Virus record (IMG/VR): IMGVR_UViG_3300033153_010326
Coordinates: 1 to 64,000 of that record
Direction: 5' to 3' (one strand)
DNA length: 64,000 nucleotides
DNA from: a virus
Positions 1 through 8,964 of the stretch are shown here, piece by piece. Positions within the stretch are counted from its first letter, which is position 1. Each line of letters starts with the position of its first letter. The translations under genes and the position numbers were made by a program. The notes under the pieces were generated by a model that was not told where the DNA came from, did no database searches, and saw only the letters and a list, made by a program, of their open reading frames with translations.

Positions 1-87
1 CTTCCACTGTCTTTTACTGTTAATTCATAAGTTTTTTTAGTATTTCTTGCAATTTTTAAGTCTAACCACTTACTCACGAAAGTCCTC

Positions 88-777
88 CTATACAGAATTA
101 AATCTTTTTATTTTATTACCTAATTTCTTAAATTGTTTTAATTCTTTTTCCCAAATAATTAAAGTCTTATATCCATATTTTTTATAAGTTTTAATTCTTC
201 TTTTATGTGATTTCTTTTGTTTAGGTAAATTATGCCAATAATCACCATACATTTCAATTATTTTCTTTTGTCCATTTATATTAACAAAATCAGGACAAAA
301 ACTTCCAATTATTAAGTTCCCATTTCCAACAAATTTATATTCTTTAGGTAATATATATTGTAATAATTTATATAACAATTTTTCAGATTTGTTAGGAGAT
401 TTCTTTAACGACTTTGATAATTTCTTTCGCATTTTACTATTATACTCTTTATCTTCCCATTTTAATTGTTGAGCACAACTACCACATCTTTTATGTCTAT
501 AATCGCTTAATTCTTCACCACATTCACAAAAATAAACCTTAGAACATCTACCATCTATATAGCTCGGATTATTTTTACCTTTTCTTTGTTGGCTCATTTT
601 TATTTTTGTTTCTGTAGTATGATACTTTCCAAATCTGGGATGATTTTTTCCTTTCATATTTGGTCTTTTTTTACCAAATATAGGATTTAATTTACCCTTT
701 TTAGCACAGGAACTGCATCTGCCTAATTTTGAACTTTTTGTTATTTTTTTACCGCAATCCTTACATTTTCTTTTCAT
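88..777 (-). CDS. NUMOD3-repeat homing endonuclease, Vsr/DUF559-like nuclease domain
   Basis: NP.FGK / HTTETKIKMS NUMOD3 motifs; C-terminal PDF...IIEMYGDYWH...LIIWE motif. Confidence 0.75.
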   Translation of the reverse strand: MKRKCKDCGKKITKSSKLGRCSSCAKKGKLNPIFGKKRPNMKGKNHPRFGKYHTTETKIKMSQQRKGKNNPSYIDGRCSKVYFCECGEELSDYRHKRCGSCAQQLKWEDKEYNSKMRKKLSKSLKKSPNKSEKLLYKLLQYILPKEYKFVGNGNLIIGSFCPDFVNINGQKKIIEMYGDYWHNLPKQKKSHKRRIKTYKKYGYKTLIIWEKELKQFKKLGNKIKRFNSV

Positions 778-780
778 TTT

Positions 781-1347
781 TTAATTAAACCTCAAAACGT
801 CTAAATCTCCAACACCCATAGAAAACCTATTTAAAACTTTTTCTAATTTTTGATATTTGGTTAATTTATTATTGTATACTACTGTAACTGAATTTGGTAA
901 AATATATTTAGTCCAATCTGGATTAATTAAAATAGAAGAAACAATAGCTATTACATCTATTGTTCTATTATCTGGAGTAGGATAAACAGCATTAGATTCT
1001 ATTTCATAATCAGTAGAACCATATCCAAATAAACTCATCCATACTAAAGCAGACCTTATATAACTTATTAATTCTGTATCACTATATTTATAATAGGTAT
1101 AATTTACCTCTATATTATCTTCTTCCGCTAATCCTGTGGTTGTAATAGTAATTTTATTAGTTGTAGAATTAAAATCATAATCTCCTGTTCCTATTTCTAC
1201 ATTATTAACTAATACCGTAGTAATAGAAGTTATATTTTCTTCAGATATTGTAAAAATATTGGTATCGCTATAAGTAAAAGTTTCAAAATCAGTCTTCAAA
1301 TTATCTTCAATTAATGAACGAATTTTAGTCCTAATTTTTGTAAGCAT
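781..1347 (-). CDS. putative head-tail adaptor / virion protein
   Basis: Position downstream of the capsid gene; KIRSLIED...YSDTELISYI pattern typical of adaptors. Confidence 0.5.
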   Translation of the reverse strand: MLTKIRTKIRSLIEDNLKTDFETFTYSDTNIFTISEENITSITTVLVNNVEIGTGDYDFNSTTNKITITTTGLAEEDNIEVNYTYYKYSDTELISYIRSALVWMSLFGYGSTDYEIESNAVYPTPDNRTIDVIAIVSSILINPDWTKYILPNSVTVVYNNKLTKYQKLEKVLNRFSMGVGDLDVLRFN

Positions 1348-1349
1348 TA

Positions 1350-1805
1350 TTATATTCCTTTTTCACTAGTTAATTTTGGTCTACATAATAATATTTCTTT
1401 TCCACGACTTGCTATATAATTATAATGATTGCGTTTTTTTAATAATACTTTTCTTATAGGATTAATTTTTTTTATTTTTATCCATAAATCATATTCTGGT
1501 AATTTCCAATCTAAATATTTAATTAATTGGTCTGCTAATTCCATATCATTGCATAAAGGTTTTACATAAATTCTTTTAGCATTATCAGAAAATCCTGTTA
1601 TAAATAACATTCCTTTATCTTTTTCCCATACTATTTTATCACCCTTATTTAAACATTCAAAAAACAAATCTTTATTAGCTTTTATCATCAATCTTAAATT
1701 ATTACGAGTAATATACATATCCCCATATAAATCCGTAATATTATCTATAAGATTAATCAATATAGATTTTTCTTCTTTAGTAATTTTTTGTGTAAATTTA
1801 ATCAT
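1350..1805 (-). CDS. hypothetical protein (start revised to ATG at 1805)
   Basis: The longer ORF start overlaps the capsid terminator; AGGA precedes MIKFTQ. Confidence 0.5.
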   Translation of the reverse strand: MIKFTQKITKEEKSILINLIDNITDLYGDMYITRNNLRLMIKANKDLFFECLNKGDKIVWEKDKGMLFITGFSDNAKRIYVKPLCNDMELADQLIKYLDWKLPEYDLWIKIKKINPIRKVLLKKRNHYNYIASRGKEILLCRPKLTSEKGI

Positions 1806-1825
1806 TTTATTTCCTATTTTTTTAA

Positions 1826-1855
1826 TAAAGTGGAAGGGGTAATTAGCCCCCTCCA
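1826..1855 (-). terminator. intrinsic terminator after the major capsid gene
   Basis: Minus strand TGGAGGGGGC-TAAT-TACCCCTTCCA followed by CTTTATT. Confidence 0.65.
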
Positions 1856-1869
1856 CATAAAAACAATTT

Positions 1870-2916
1870 CTATGCCACAGCTAGAGTTGCATCACTTGTG
1901 CAAATCGCAATCGGGTTCACGATAGCCATAACTAAACTCTCATAAGCAAAAACTCCATATGCTAACAAGTTAGAAAGCGAACTTCCCGTAGTACCAGGGT
2001 CAGCTATAACAGGAGTAGGTGTAACTATAACTGCTCTCTGAGCCTTATCTACATCAGCACCCATCAATCTAGCTATATTTTCAGGTATTCTCTTCCTTAT
2101 AAACTTAATAGGCTTACCTTTAGACAATCTTGAATTCCTAGCAACCATTATCATATGATTGGTATTAAGTATAGCTGTATCAGTAGCTGTTCCCCCATCT
2201 GTCTTATTATACTGTACTTTACCAAATACCTTAATTATCTCTACACCAGCTTCTTTCAATCTTGCCTTTAACGTAATATTATAATTAAACGAAGCAACAT
2301 TATCCTTATCATAAGTATCTATTTTCTCTTTAACAGTAGAACCAACCAAAAGTATATAACTATCACCATAATCTTCAAGCTTATGTTTCATAGCTATAAT
2401 AACATCATACAAATCGTCTCCAGATTCCGCATCTCTAGATTGAATCGCAGAACTAGATGGTAGATTATCTTTAAAACTTCCAGCATCAGTAGTATTTTCT
2501 ATAGCATTAATAAGCAAAGTCAATTCTCTCTTATCAAGACCTCTAGTTATCTTTTCTTTCTTTCTAGCAAGTACCTGAGTATCAGGACTGCCTAGAACAT
2601 CTTCTACATTAACATATTCTAATCTTGAATTAAATCCCTGAAAAGATATCTCAGTATCTCCCAAAGGACTTTTCTTAACAGGGGTTATTACTCCATCACC
2701 ATCAACAACTAAAATATACTCTGCTTCATCATCAACATCTGAATAAGTATAAACATGTTCTCCAGGTTCAGCAGGTTCAAGAACATCGGCTATAGCATTT
2801 ATTTCAAAAGCTACAGGCAATCTTTCATCTATAGGTTCCCCTATAAGTCTAGCTACTTCCATTGAATCACCAGGCATCCTAGCAAAACTCTGTTCTAAAT
2901 TCTTATCATTCTTCAT
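1870..2916 (-). CDS. major capsid protein (probable HK97 fold)
   Basis: 348 aa, directly after protease/scaffold, strong RBS, followed by a terminator; C-terminal YGVFAYESLVMAIVNP pattern. Confidence 0.8.
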   Translation of the reverse strand: MKNDKNLEQSFARMPGDSMEVARLIGEPIDERLPVAFEINAIADVLEPAEPGEHVYTYSDVDDEAEYILVVDGDGVITPVKKSPLGDTEISFQGFNSRLEYVNVEDVLGSPDTQVLARKKEKITRGLDKRELTLLINAIENTTDAGSFKDNLPSSSAIQSRDAESGDDLYDVIIAMKHKLEDYGDSYILLVGSTVKEKIDTYDKDNVASFNYNITLKARLKEAGVEIIKVFGKVQYNKTDGGTATDTAILNTNHMIMVARNSRLSKGKPIKFIRKRIPENIARLMGADVDKAQRAVIVTPTPVIADPGTTGSSLSNLLAYGVFAYESLVMAIVNPIAICTSDATLAVA

Positions 2917-2986
2917 AAATATTATCTCCTTTTATGTTATTTATTATTATATCTTTATTTCCTAATATCTTTAGGTTAATTATTTT

Positions 2987-3601
2987 CTAGTCTTTATAAC
3001 CAAATGCGTCTTTATTAATCTTCTTTTGTATATTAGTGTAATAATCTTTTCCTTTTTCAGGTTTAATCCCAATTATATCATTAGCATTTTCTTTTTCTGC
3101 TTTTAGCTTTGCATTTTCTAATTCTAACTTAGCCTTTTCAAATTTATCTTCATTTAAAATATCTTCATCAGATATTTCATAACTGCCTATTTCAGCACGT
3201 CTTGTTAGAATTTCTTTAGCGTTTTCAGCATACAATTTTACCTGTTTCTTAGCTTCAATAAGCTGTTTAGCAACTTTCTTTATACCATTTTTAAGAATTC
3301 CTTCAGTTTCCAACTTTGCAGTTGTAATAGAATTCTCTAAATCTTTAATCTTTTTAATAGCTTTCCTAAGAGTTTTTGTCTTAGGATATTTTTCAACAGT
3401 AGAGACTTCAATTTTTTCTTCGGCTTTAGGAGCTTTTTCCTCTGGTTTAACAATTTCTTCTACTATCTCTTCTTTAACAACAGTTTCAGGTTTTTCCTCT
3501 TTTATCGCCTCAGATTTTTCAATATTAACCTCTACTTTAGGTTCTTCTTTGACTTCTGGTTTTTCTTCAGAAGTCTTACCATCTTTTATAACATCTTTCA
3601 T
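2987..3601 (-). CDS. nested scaffolding protein (internal in-frame start)
   Basis: AAGGAGG-AAACACA-ATG in frame at 3601, followed by an E/K-rich coiled coil. Confidence 0.6.
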   Translation of the reverse strand: MKDVIKDGKTSEEKPEVKEEPKVEVNIEKSEAIKEEKPETVVKEEIVEEIVKPEEKAPKAEEKIEVSTVEKYPKTKTLRKAIKKIKDLENSITTAKLETEGILKNGIKKVAKQLIEAKKQVKLYAENAKEILTRRAEIGSYEISDEDILNEDKFEKAKLELENAKLKAEKENANDIIGIKPEKGKDYYTNIQKKINKDAFGYKD

Positions 3602-4783
3602 TGTGTTTCCTCCTTTTTCCGAATTTTTAGATATATCTATCCCTACTATTTTTTCTATTTTCATGTAGGTTTTTTCACTTTTTATATCATAAGAAAATAC
3701 TAATCCACATCTATTACATTTTACTTCTTTAGTTATTGATTTTGAAGTACCCAATACTTCATTAATTTTTCCACACTGATAACAAGCTATTTTTCCTATA
3801 TATAAATAAGATAAACCTGGAACCTTGCTTTTAGCTTTTTCTTTAGCCCATGTTATTTTATAAGTTTTTCCACACATAGATTCATTTAAACATTTAAGAG
3901 TAGCTCCTTCTTTATCTCTAGCAAGAATTTTCCAATGACTAGATTTACAACTAGGACATATAATTTGAAAATCTTTCTTTTGAGGGGGATAAATCATATT
4001 TCCCTCTTTATTAACAATAGCTAAACAACTTGGGCATTTTATTTCCGAAGCTTCTAGAGATTCAAATTCACTATTACAATTAGAGCATTTAATTTTTAAT
4101 TTTTGTAAAACTGGAACTGTTACTGTTTTAGTATTATCGTCTGCTATAATTAATTCATCTTTTTTATGAATTGAAGCATAAACTAAATCCTTTGCTTTTT
4201 CCATTCTTTTCATAGCTAACTGCAAAACTTTAGCATCTTTAAATGCAGGTTCTTCTGTCAATAAAATAGCTCCTCCTGCTATTTCTTGCTGTAATAACTC
4301 ATAAGTTCCATCTGCAAGATTTCTTCTTTTGTTTTTAGGACACCAAATTTCATAGCTAGTGGTAAGTTTTTTCTTTTTAAATAAAGTTTTAAAATCTTCC
4401 CATTCTTCATCAAAATTAGATTTATAAATAACTCCATATCCAATAACTTTATCCTGTTTCTGATTATAACTATAATCTATATAATGCCCTACTACATATC
4501 TTCTTTGATGGTCTATATTAATAGGTTTACCTATCATAGAAGGTAATGCTTTTAAAAGAGGTTTTTTTGGTAATCTGGCATTGTTTTTATTCGCTTTATT
4601 TGCAAAAGCATAAGTGCATTTAAATCCTGCTAAATCGGTGTTATTTTTTAACTCATAACCTTTCGTTTTAGCTATAGAGAGTATATCGTTTTTTTCTTTG
4701 CCTTCTTCTAAAAATTCAATTTCAGAATTTATTTCCCAATCTTTTAAAAATTCTTTTACTTGTTTATTCGTAATTAGTTCCAT
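2987..4783 (-). CDS. prohead protease with zinc ribbons fused to scaffold
   Basis: ANKN..GKPINIDH..VVGH..TSYE..GGAIL..PAF protease motifs; repeated CxxC pairs; acidic coiled-coil C-terminus. Confidence 0.75.
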   Translation of the reverse strand: MELITNKQVKEFLKDWEINSEIEFLEEGKEKNDILSIAKTKGYELKNNTDLAGFKCTYAFANKANKNNARLPKKPLLKALPSMIGKPINIDHQRRYVVGHYIDYSYNQKQDKVIGYGVIYKSNFDEEWEDFKTLFKKKKLTTSYEIWCPKNKRRNLADGTYELLQQEIAGGAILLTEEPAFKDAKVLQLAMKRMEKAKDLVYASIHKKDELIIADDNTKTVTVPVLQKLKIKCSNCNSEFESLEASEIKCPSCLAIVNKEGNMIYPPQKKDFQIICPSCKSSHWKILARDKEGATLKCLNESMCGKTYKITWAKEKAKSKVPGLSYLYIGKIACYQCGKINEVLGTSKSITKEVKCNRCGLVFSYDIKSEKTYMKIEKIVGIDISKNSEKGGNTMKDVIKDGKTSEEKPEVKEEPKVEVNIEKSEAIKEEKPETVVKEEIVEEIVKPEEKAPKAEEKIEVSTVEKYPKTKTLRKAIKKIKDLENSITTAKLETEGILKNGIKKVAKQLIEAKKQVKLYAENAKEILTRRAEIGSYEISDEDILNEDKFEKAKLELENAKLKAEKENANDIIGIKPEKGKDYYTNIQKKINKDAFGYKD

Positions 4784-4799
4784 TATTTCCTCCTAAAAT

Positions 4800-5321
4800 T
4801 TATGGAGTTTTCCATTGTATTTGACTTGATTCAAATTTAATTTTATCTTTTTTTATTGTATATAATTTTCCATTAGGAAGTTCTACTTCAATTTCAATAT
4901 TAGTATTATTTATAGTATCAAAATTAGCAGTTTCTCCGGCATTTATATAAATAGAAAACTGTCCTAAAGAAGGTTTAGTTATTTTAATTTGATTATCATT
5001 TCCTCCTGAATTAGTTGTAGCTTTTTTTATTGAATGTTTTTTATTATCATAAATCTCACATCTAATTTTCCATCCAGATATATCTTCTCCAGCATTAGCT
5101 TCAAATTCAATACTGTCTCCTACATATATATTAGTTATCATTACCCCCCCCCCCCTTTCTTCTTTTATATTTAAAGAAATAGTTTTTCTAATAGGAAGTA
5201 AGGTAATTTGTTTTTTCTTATTTTGTAATGTTACATTAAGAGGATATTTAATTTTATATATAGTTGTAATATCTCCCATTATTTTTCCTAATATTCCTTT
5301 CGTAACAAACCCCATGCTCAT
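4800..5321 (-). CDS. putative virion protein; two ORFs joined through a G12 tract
   Basis: C12 on the + strand at 5144-5155; C-terminal part resembles a BppU-N-like beta domain. Confidence 0.5.
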   Translation of the reverse strand: MSMGFVTKGILGKIMGDITTIYKIKYPLNVTLQNKKKQITLLPIRKTISLNIKEERGGGVMITNIYVGDSIEFEANAGEDISGWKIRCEIYDNKKHSIKKATTNSGGNDNQIKITKPSLGQFSIYINAGETANFDTINNTNIEIEVELPNGKLYTIKKDKIKFESSQIQWKTP

Positions 5322-5340
5322 AATTATTTTTTCCTTATTT

Positions 5341-7332
5341 TTAAATTTTCTTTACTTTGTAATTTTTTACAGTATTTTCTGGATTATATTCTACTATAAC
5401 TTGATAATTTCCTATAGCGTCAATATCATTTTCTAAATCATTAGCAGAATTATAAATTTTAATTTTACAACTTGTCAAATGTCCTCCAGCATAAATAGTA
5501 TCAAATACTCTGAAATTTTCTTGAGCAAGTCCTAAACATCGTTTCACTAAACTTTCTATAGATGATAAATCCGCTTTATATTCTGATTTTTTATTTATAA
5601 TTTCAGGATATATTTTATCTGTTTCTAATTTTATATTTTGTAAATCTTTTCCAAAAGAACTAACTATATTGTGATTTGTTTTTAATTCATCCCATACAGC
5701 ATCTGCTACATCTTCTGGACTTACAGCACCTAAAATATTTAAAGTAACATTTTCTGTATGGTCGCTTATTTCTACTACTATATGTTGAGTTTGGAAACCT
5801 ACTTTATCAAAAATAATATCTCTATCAGAATCATAATATTCATATTCCCAAGTAAAAGGGCTATTTTTTAATTGCCAATCTGAACCATCATCAGGCAAAA
5901 ATTGTAAATTAGCTAGGTGATTTCCATCTTTATCTTTTACATTAAAAGTTACTATATATTTTTGAACCGTTATATTTAAATCGTCTATTGTTTCTTTACT
6001 AGATTGGTCTATAATTTTTAATTGGCAATTTATAACTTCGATATTATTAAATATATACTGAAAATTTCTAACAGCTTCTTGTAAAGTTCCATATTCTCCT
6101 TTTGGGATATTAATCCAACCGCTTTCTTCAATATTATAATAAGCTACTGCTTGTTCTATATCTCCATCAGGGTCAGATATTGTAGCATCCAAAAAGGGTT
6201 TTATTGTATTATGGTCTTTGCAAATTTTATCTTCTCCAGCATAAACTATTGGAGGACTTCCTACTAATGCTGTAAATTCTAACACATCTAATTCTATTTG
6301 TTGTTCTCCATTGCTTATCAAAAAAGCTTTAAATAATATTTTTTCATTAGTAATAGGAAAAGCCTCTATATTATTATGAATAGTATTAACATCATTATAT
6401 TGTGTTGAAGTTACAGCCCAAACACTACCGTTCCAATATCTCCAATTTGCTCCATCATCATCTGATAATTGATAAGCTATACTTCCTTCATTTCCAATTT
6501 CTAAAGTTTCTACAAATGCTGTAAATTGTGAAAGACCAGATAATTCCCAAGAAAGTTTAGGTTCTATAGTAGGTTTATCTAAAGAATATATATTTTCAGG
6601 GATAGTATATCCTGGTGTGTAATTACTTGTATGTTGTACCGTATTAAAAATAATTAAATCATTTAATTTAAAATTAGCAGTTAATGTAGTTTCTGGATTA
6701 TTGCCTATTCTAATTATTCCTATGTTTGTATCTCTAGTTCCTGTTTCTAAATTAGTAGTACCCCATTGTACTCCATCAATAAATAAACGAGTAGCTCCAA
6801 TACTAATATCCCAATTAAACTCTATTTCATATTCCACTCCCAATACAGGATTCCAAGAAGGTAAATTACTAGCTATAATAATATTTTCATTTTGGTCATA
6901 GATTACTATTTTAATATCTCCAGAAGTTTGTTGTTGAATTTGAATCATGTTTTTTCTATCATTATCAGCTTTAAAAGTAGAAAATATAACTGCTGTTGAA
7001 GTAGGGTTTTCAGACCAATTAGGAGTAATTAAAAATCTAATACATCCTGTTTGTATTGCTGAAATTATATTATCTCCGTTATAATCTACATATCTTAAAT
7101 CATTATGAGCCAAATCCAATTTTCCTGTCAAAACTGAAGCTCCTCCCACAGAAATTCCAGTTAAATTCCCTTTACCCCAATTAAGATTTATATTATCAGT
7201 ATAAGTCGCTCCACAAGTATAATAATCAGGAATTACTGTTTTTAAACTTACTATTCCATCCAAAATATTAATTTTATCTGAATCATATACATATTCAGAA
7301 GGATTTTCAAAATTATATATTTTATTCGCCAT
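5341..7332 (-). CDS. virion structural/fibre protein with LamG-like and PKD/Ig-like domains
   Basis: RLFIDG..IRIGN..LNDLIIFN LamG pattern; PIVYAGED..ISDPDGD Ig-like motif; VADAVWDE motif. Confidence 0.6.
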   Translation of the reverse strand: MANKIYNFENPSEYVYDSDKINILDGIVSLKTVIPDYYTCGATYTDNINLNWGKGNLTGISVGGASVLTGKLDLAHNDLRYVDYNGDNIISAIQTGCIRFLITPNWSENPTSTAVIFSTFKADNDRKNMIQIQQQTSGDIKIVIYDQNENIIIASNLPSWNPVLGVEYEIEFNWDISIGATRLFIDGVQWGTTNLETGTRDTNIGIIRIGNNPETTLTANFKLNDLIIFNTVQHTSNYTPGYTIPENIYSLDKPTIEPKLSWELSGLSQFTAFVETLEIGNEGSIAYQLSDDDGANWRYWNGSVWAVTSTQYNDVNTIHNNIEAFPITNEKILFKAFLISNGEQQIELDVLEFTALVGSPPIVYAGEDKICKDHNTIKPFLDATISDPDGDIEQAVAYYNIEESGWINIPKGEYGTLQEAVRNFQYIFNNIEVINCQLKIIDQSSKETIDDLNITVQKYIVTFNVKDKDGNHLANLQFLPDDGSDWQLKNSPFTWEYEYYDSDRDIIFDKVGFQTQHIVVEISDHTENVTLNILGAVSPEDVADAVWDELKTNHNIVSSFGKDLQNIKLETDKIYPEIINKKSEYKADLSSIESLVKRCLGLAQENFRVFDTIYAGGHLTSCKIKIYNSANDLENDIDAIGNYQVIVEYNPENTVKNYKVKKI

Positions 7333-7498
7333 TATAACTCCTTAAATAATTGAATCAACCTTTTTTCTAGCTCTAATGCTGGAATTTTTAAAGAAGCATA
7401 CCAAATTGGTTTAGCTATTTTTAATTTCTCAAATAATTTTTTAATATTTTGCCATTGTTTTAATATTTTTTGTTTGTCTAACATTCTATTTCTCCTAA

Positions 7499-8101
7499 TT
7501 ATAATACATCAATTGCCATTAAAATATTAGTTATGTCTTTCTTCGCTTTTATTATTCTGTTTTTATTTAAAATATATAATTTTTTTCCTATTATTTCTGA
7601 AGACCTACTTAAATTGAAGCTCTTTTCAGCATTTATTGATTTTTGTAAATTTGTTTGGTATAGTTTTTTTCCTTTTATTGTTCTGCAATCATTTAATTCA
7701 AATCTTTTACTTCCTCTAATATTTAGGGGCTTCAAAACATTAAATTGTTTTTGTCCCCTAATATCTAAATTAAATTCAGTTTTAGCGGATAACAATCCTT
7801 TTAATACATAATCTATATTTAATTTTCTTTGAATTTTTCCTATCAATTGATATTGTTTACTATAAATAAATGATTTCTGTCCTACGATATTATATACTAT
7901 TTTAGTATCAAATGATTTTTCCCCAACTATTTGAATAATTAACTGAATTTCTCGAACTATAGGAGACCCTCCACGTCTTATTATAGGAGTTGGAGGAGTA
8001 GGTATTCTTACATGTTTTTTATCTAATATACCTCTAGTAGTGAGGGACAAAACTTTTCTAAGAGCAAGTATACCTTTTGTAATTAGAGAAACGGGTCTCA
8101 T
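7499..8101 (-). CDS. hypothetical virion-associated protein with I.G.K repeats
   Basis: About 13-aa periodic IxGxK repeats; located in the head module. Confidence 0.45.
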   Translation of the reverse strand: MRPVSLITKGILALRKVLSLTTRGILDKKHVRIPTPPTPIIRRGGSPIVREIQLIIQIVGEKSFDTKIVYNIVGQKSFIYSKQYQLIGKIQRKLNIDYVLKGLLSAKTEFNLDIRGQKQFNVLKPLNIRGSKRFELNDCRTIKGKKLYQTNLQKSINAEKSFNLSRSSEIIGKKLYILNKNRIIKAKKDITNILMAIDVL

Positions 8102-8104
8102 ATT

Positions 8105-8749
8105 TTATGCCTCTAAAACTTTATAGGTTTGCATATTACCATCAGCATCGTATGTAGCCACCACAGAAAATACTCCAATTGCATTATTATCATTATTACA
8201 ATCCGATGAATTTGCATATATTTTAATTTGAGCAGAAGTCATTACTGTAACTTCTTTTATTTTAGTATATACTGGAGAAAAAATTCGATAATTTGATTGT
8301 GTTAATCCTTTTATTTTTAAAAGAATTTCCTGCATTGAATCTGTTCCAGTCTCTGAAATATAATCCCATACTGCTTGTGCAACATTAGTTAAATCAGCTA
8401 TAGCATCTGCATCTTCTAAATGTTGTCCTGCTTTATCTCCTCCTAAATGACTAGTCAAATTTTCATCCCATACTCTATCTTCTATAGCTTCTTCTACTAT
8501 AATACTATCCTGTCCATTTTCATATCCATTTGGTGTTTCATAAAATACCCTATATTGTCCACTATCTGAAATGGTAATAGAAGTTTTATATATATTACCT
8601 TCCTCTGTAAGATTACCCGATTGGATACTAACATTGGTATCGCTATTTCTAACATCGTATCCTATTATCAATCCTGAAACAAATTCTCCATCGCTATCTA
8701 TTATAGAGATTTCTAAAAAATATTCTTGTCCTTTTATAAATGTTTTCAT
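8105..8749 (-). CDS. putative virion protein, paralog of the 5341-7332 C-terminus
   Basis: Shared GL.Q.N.R.F...Y...TS..IKIY..S.D..ND..AIG domain and VWD motifs. Confidence 0.55.
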   Translation of the reverse strand: MKTFIKGQEYFLEISIIDSDGEFVSGLIIGYDVRNSDTNVSIQSGNLTEEGNIYKTSITISDSGQYRVFYETPNGYENGQDSIIVEEAIEDRVWDENLTSHLGGDKAGQHLEDADAIADLTNVAQAVWDYISETGTDSMQEILLKIKGLTQSNYRIFSPVYTKIKEVTVMTSAQIKIYANSSDCNNDNNAIGVFSVVATYDADGNMQTYKVLEA

Positions 8750-8964
8750 ATTATTGTAAATTACTCGCTTTTAAAATATATAATAACAAATGTCCTATTT
8801 TCTTTAATACTTTTTTAGCAGAATTTAAATCTACTACTTGAGCTTCAATATATTCATCTATTTTAGCAGGGGTTAGTTTGTTTAGAAAGCTTAGTTTTAT
8901 ATTCTTAATTGCTTCTCTATTTTTTGGACTCCGAAGTCTTTTTACTCCCATACTATTCTCCTTT

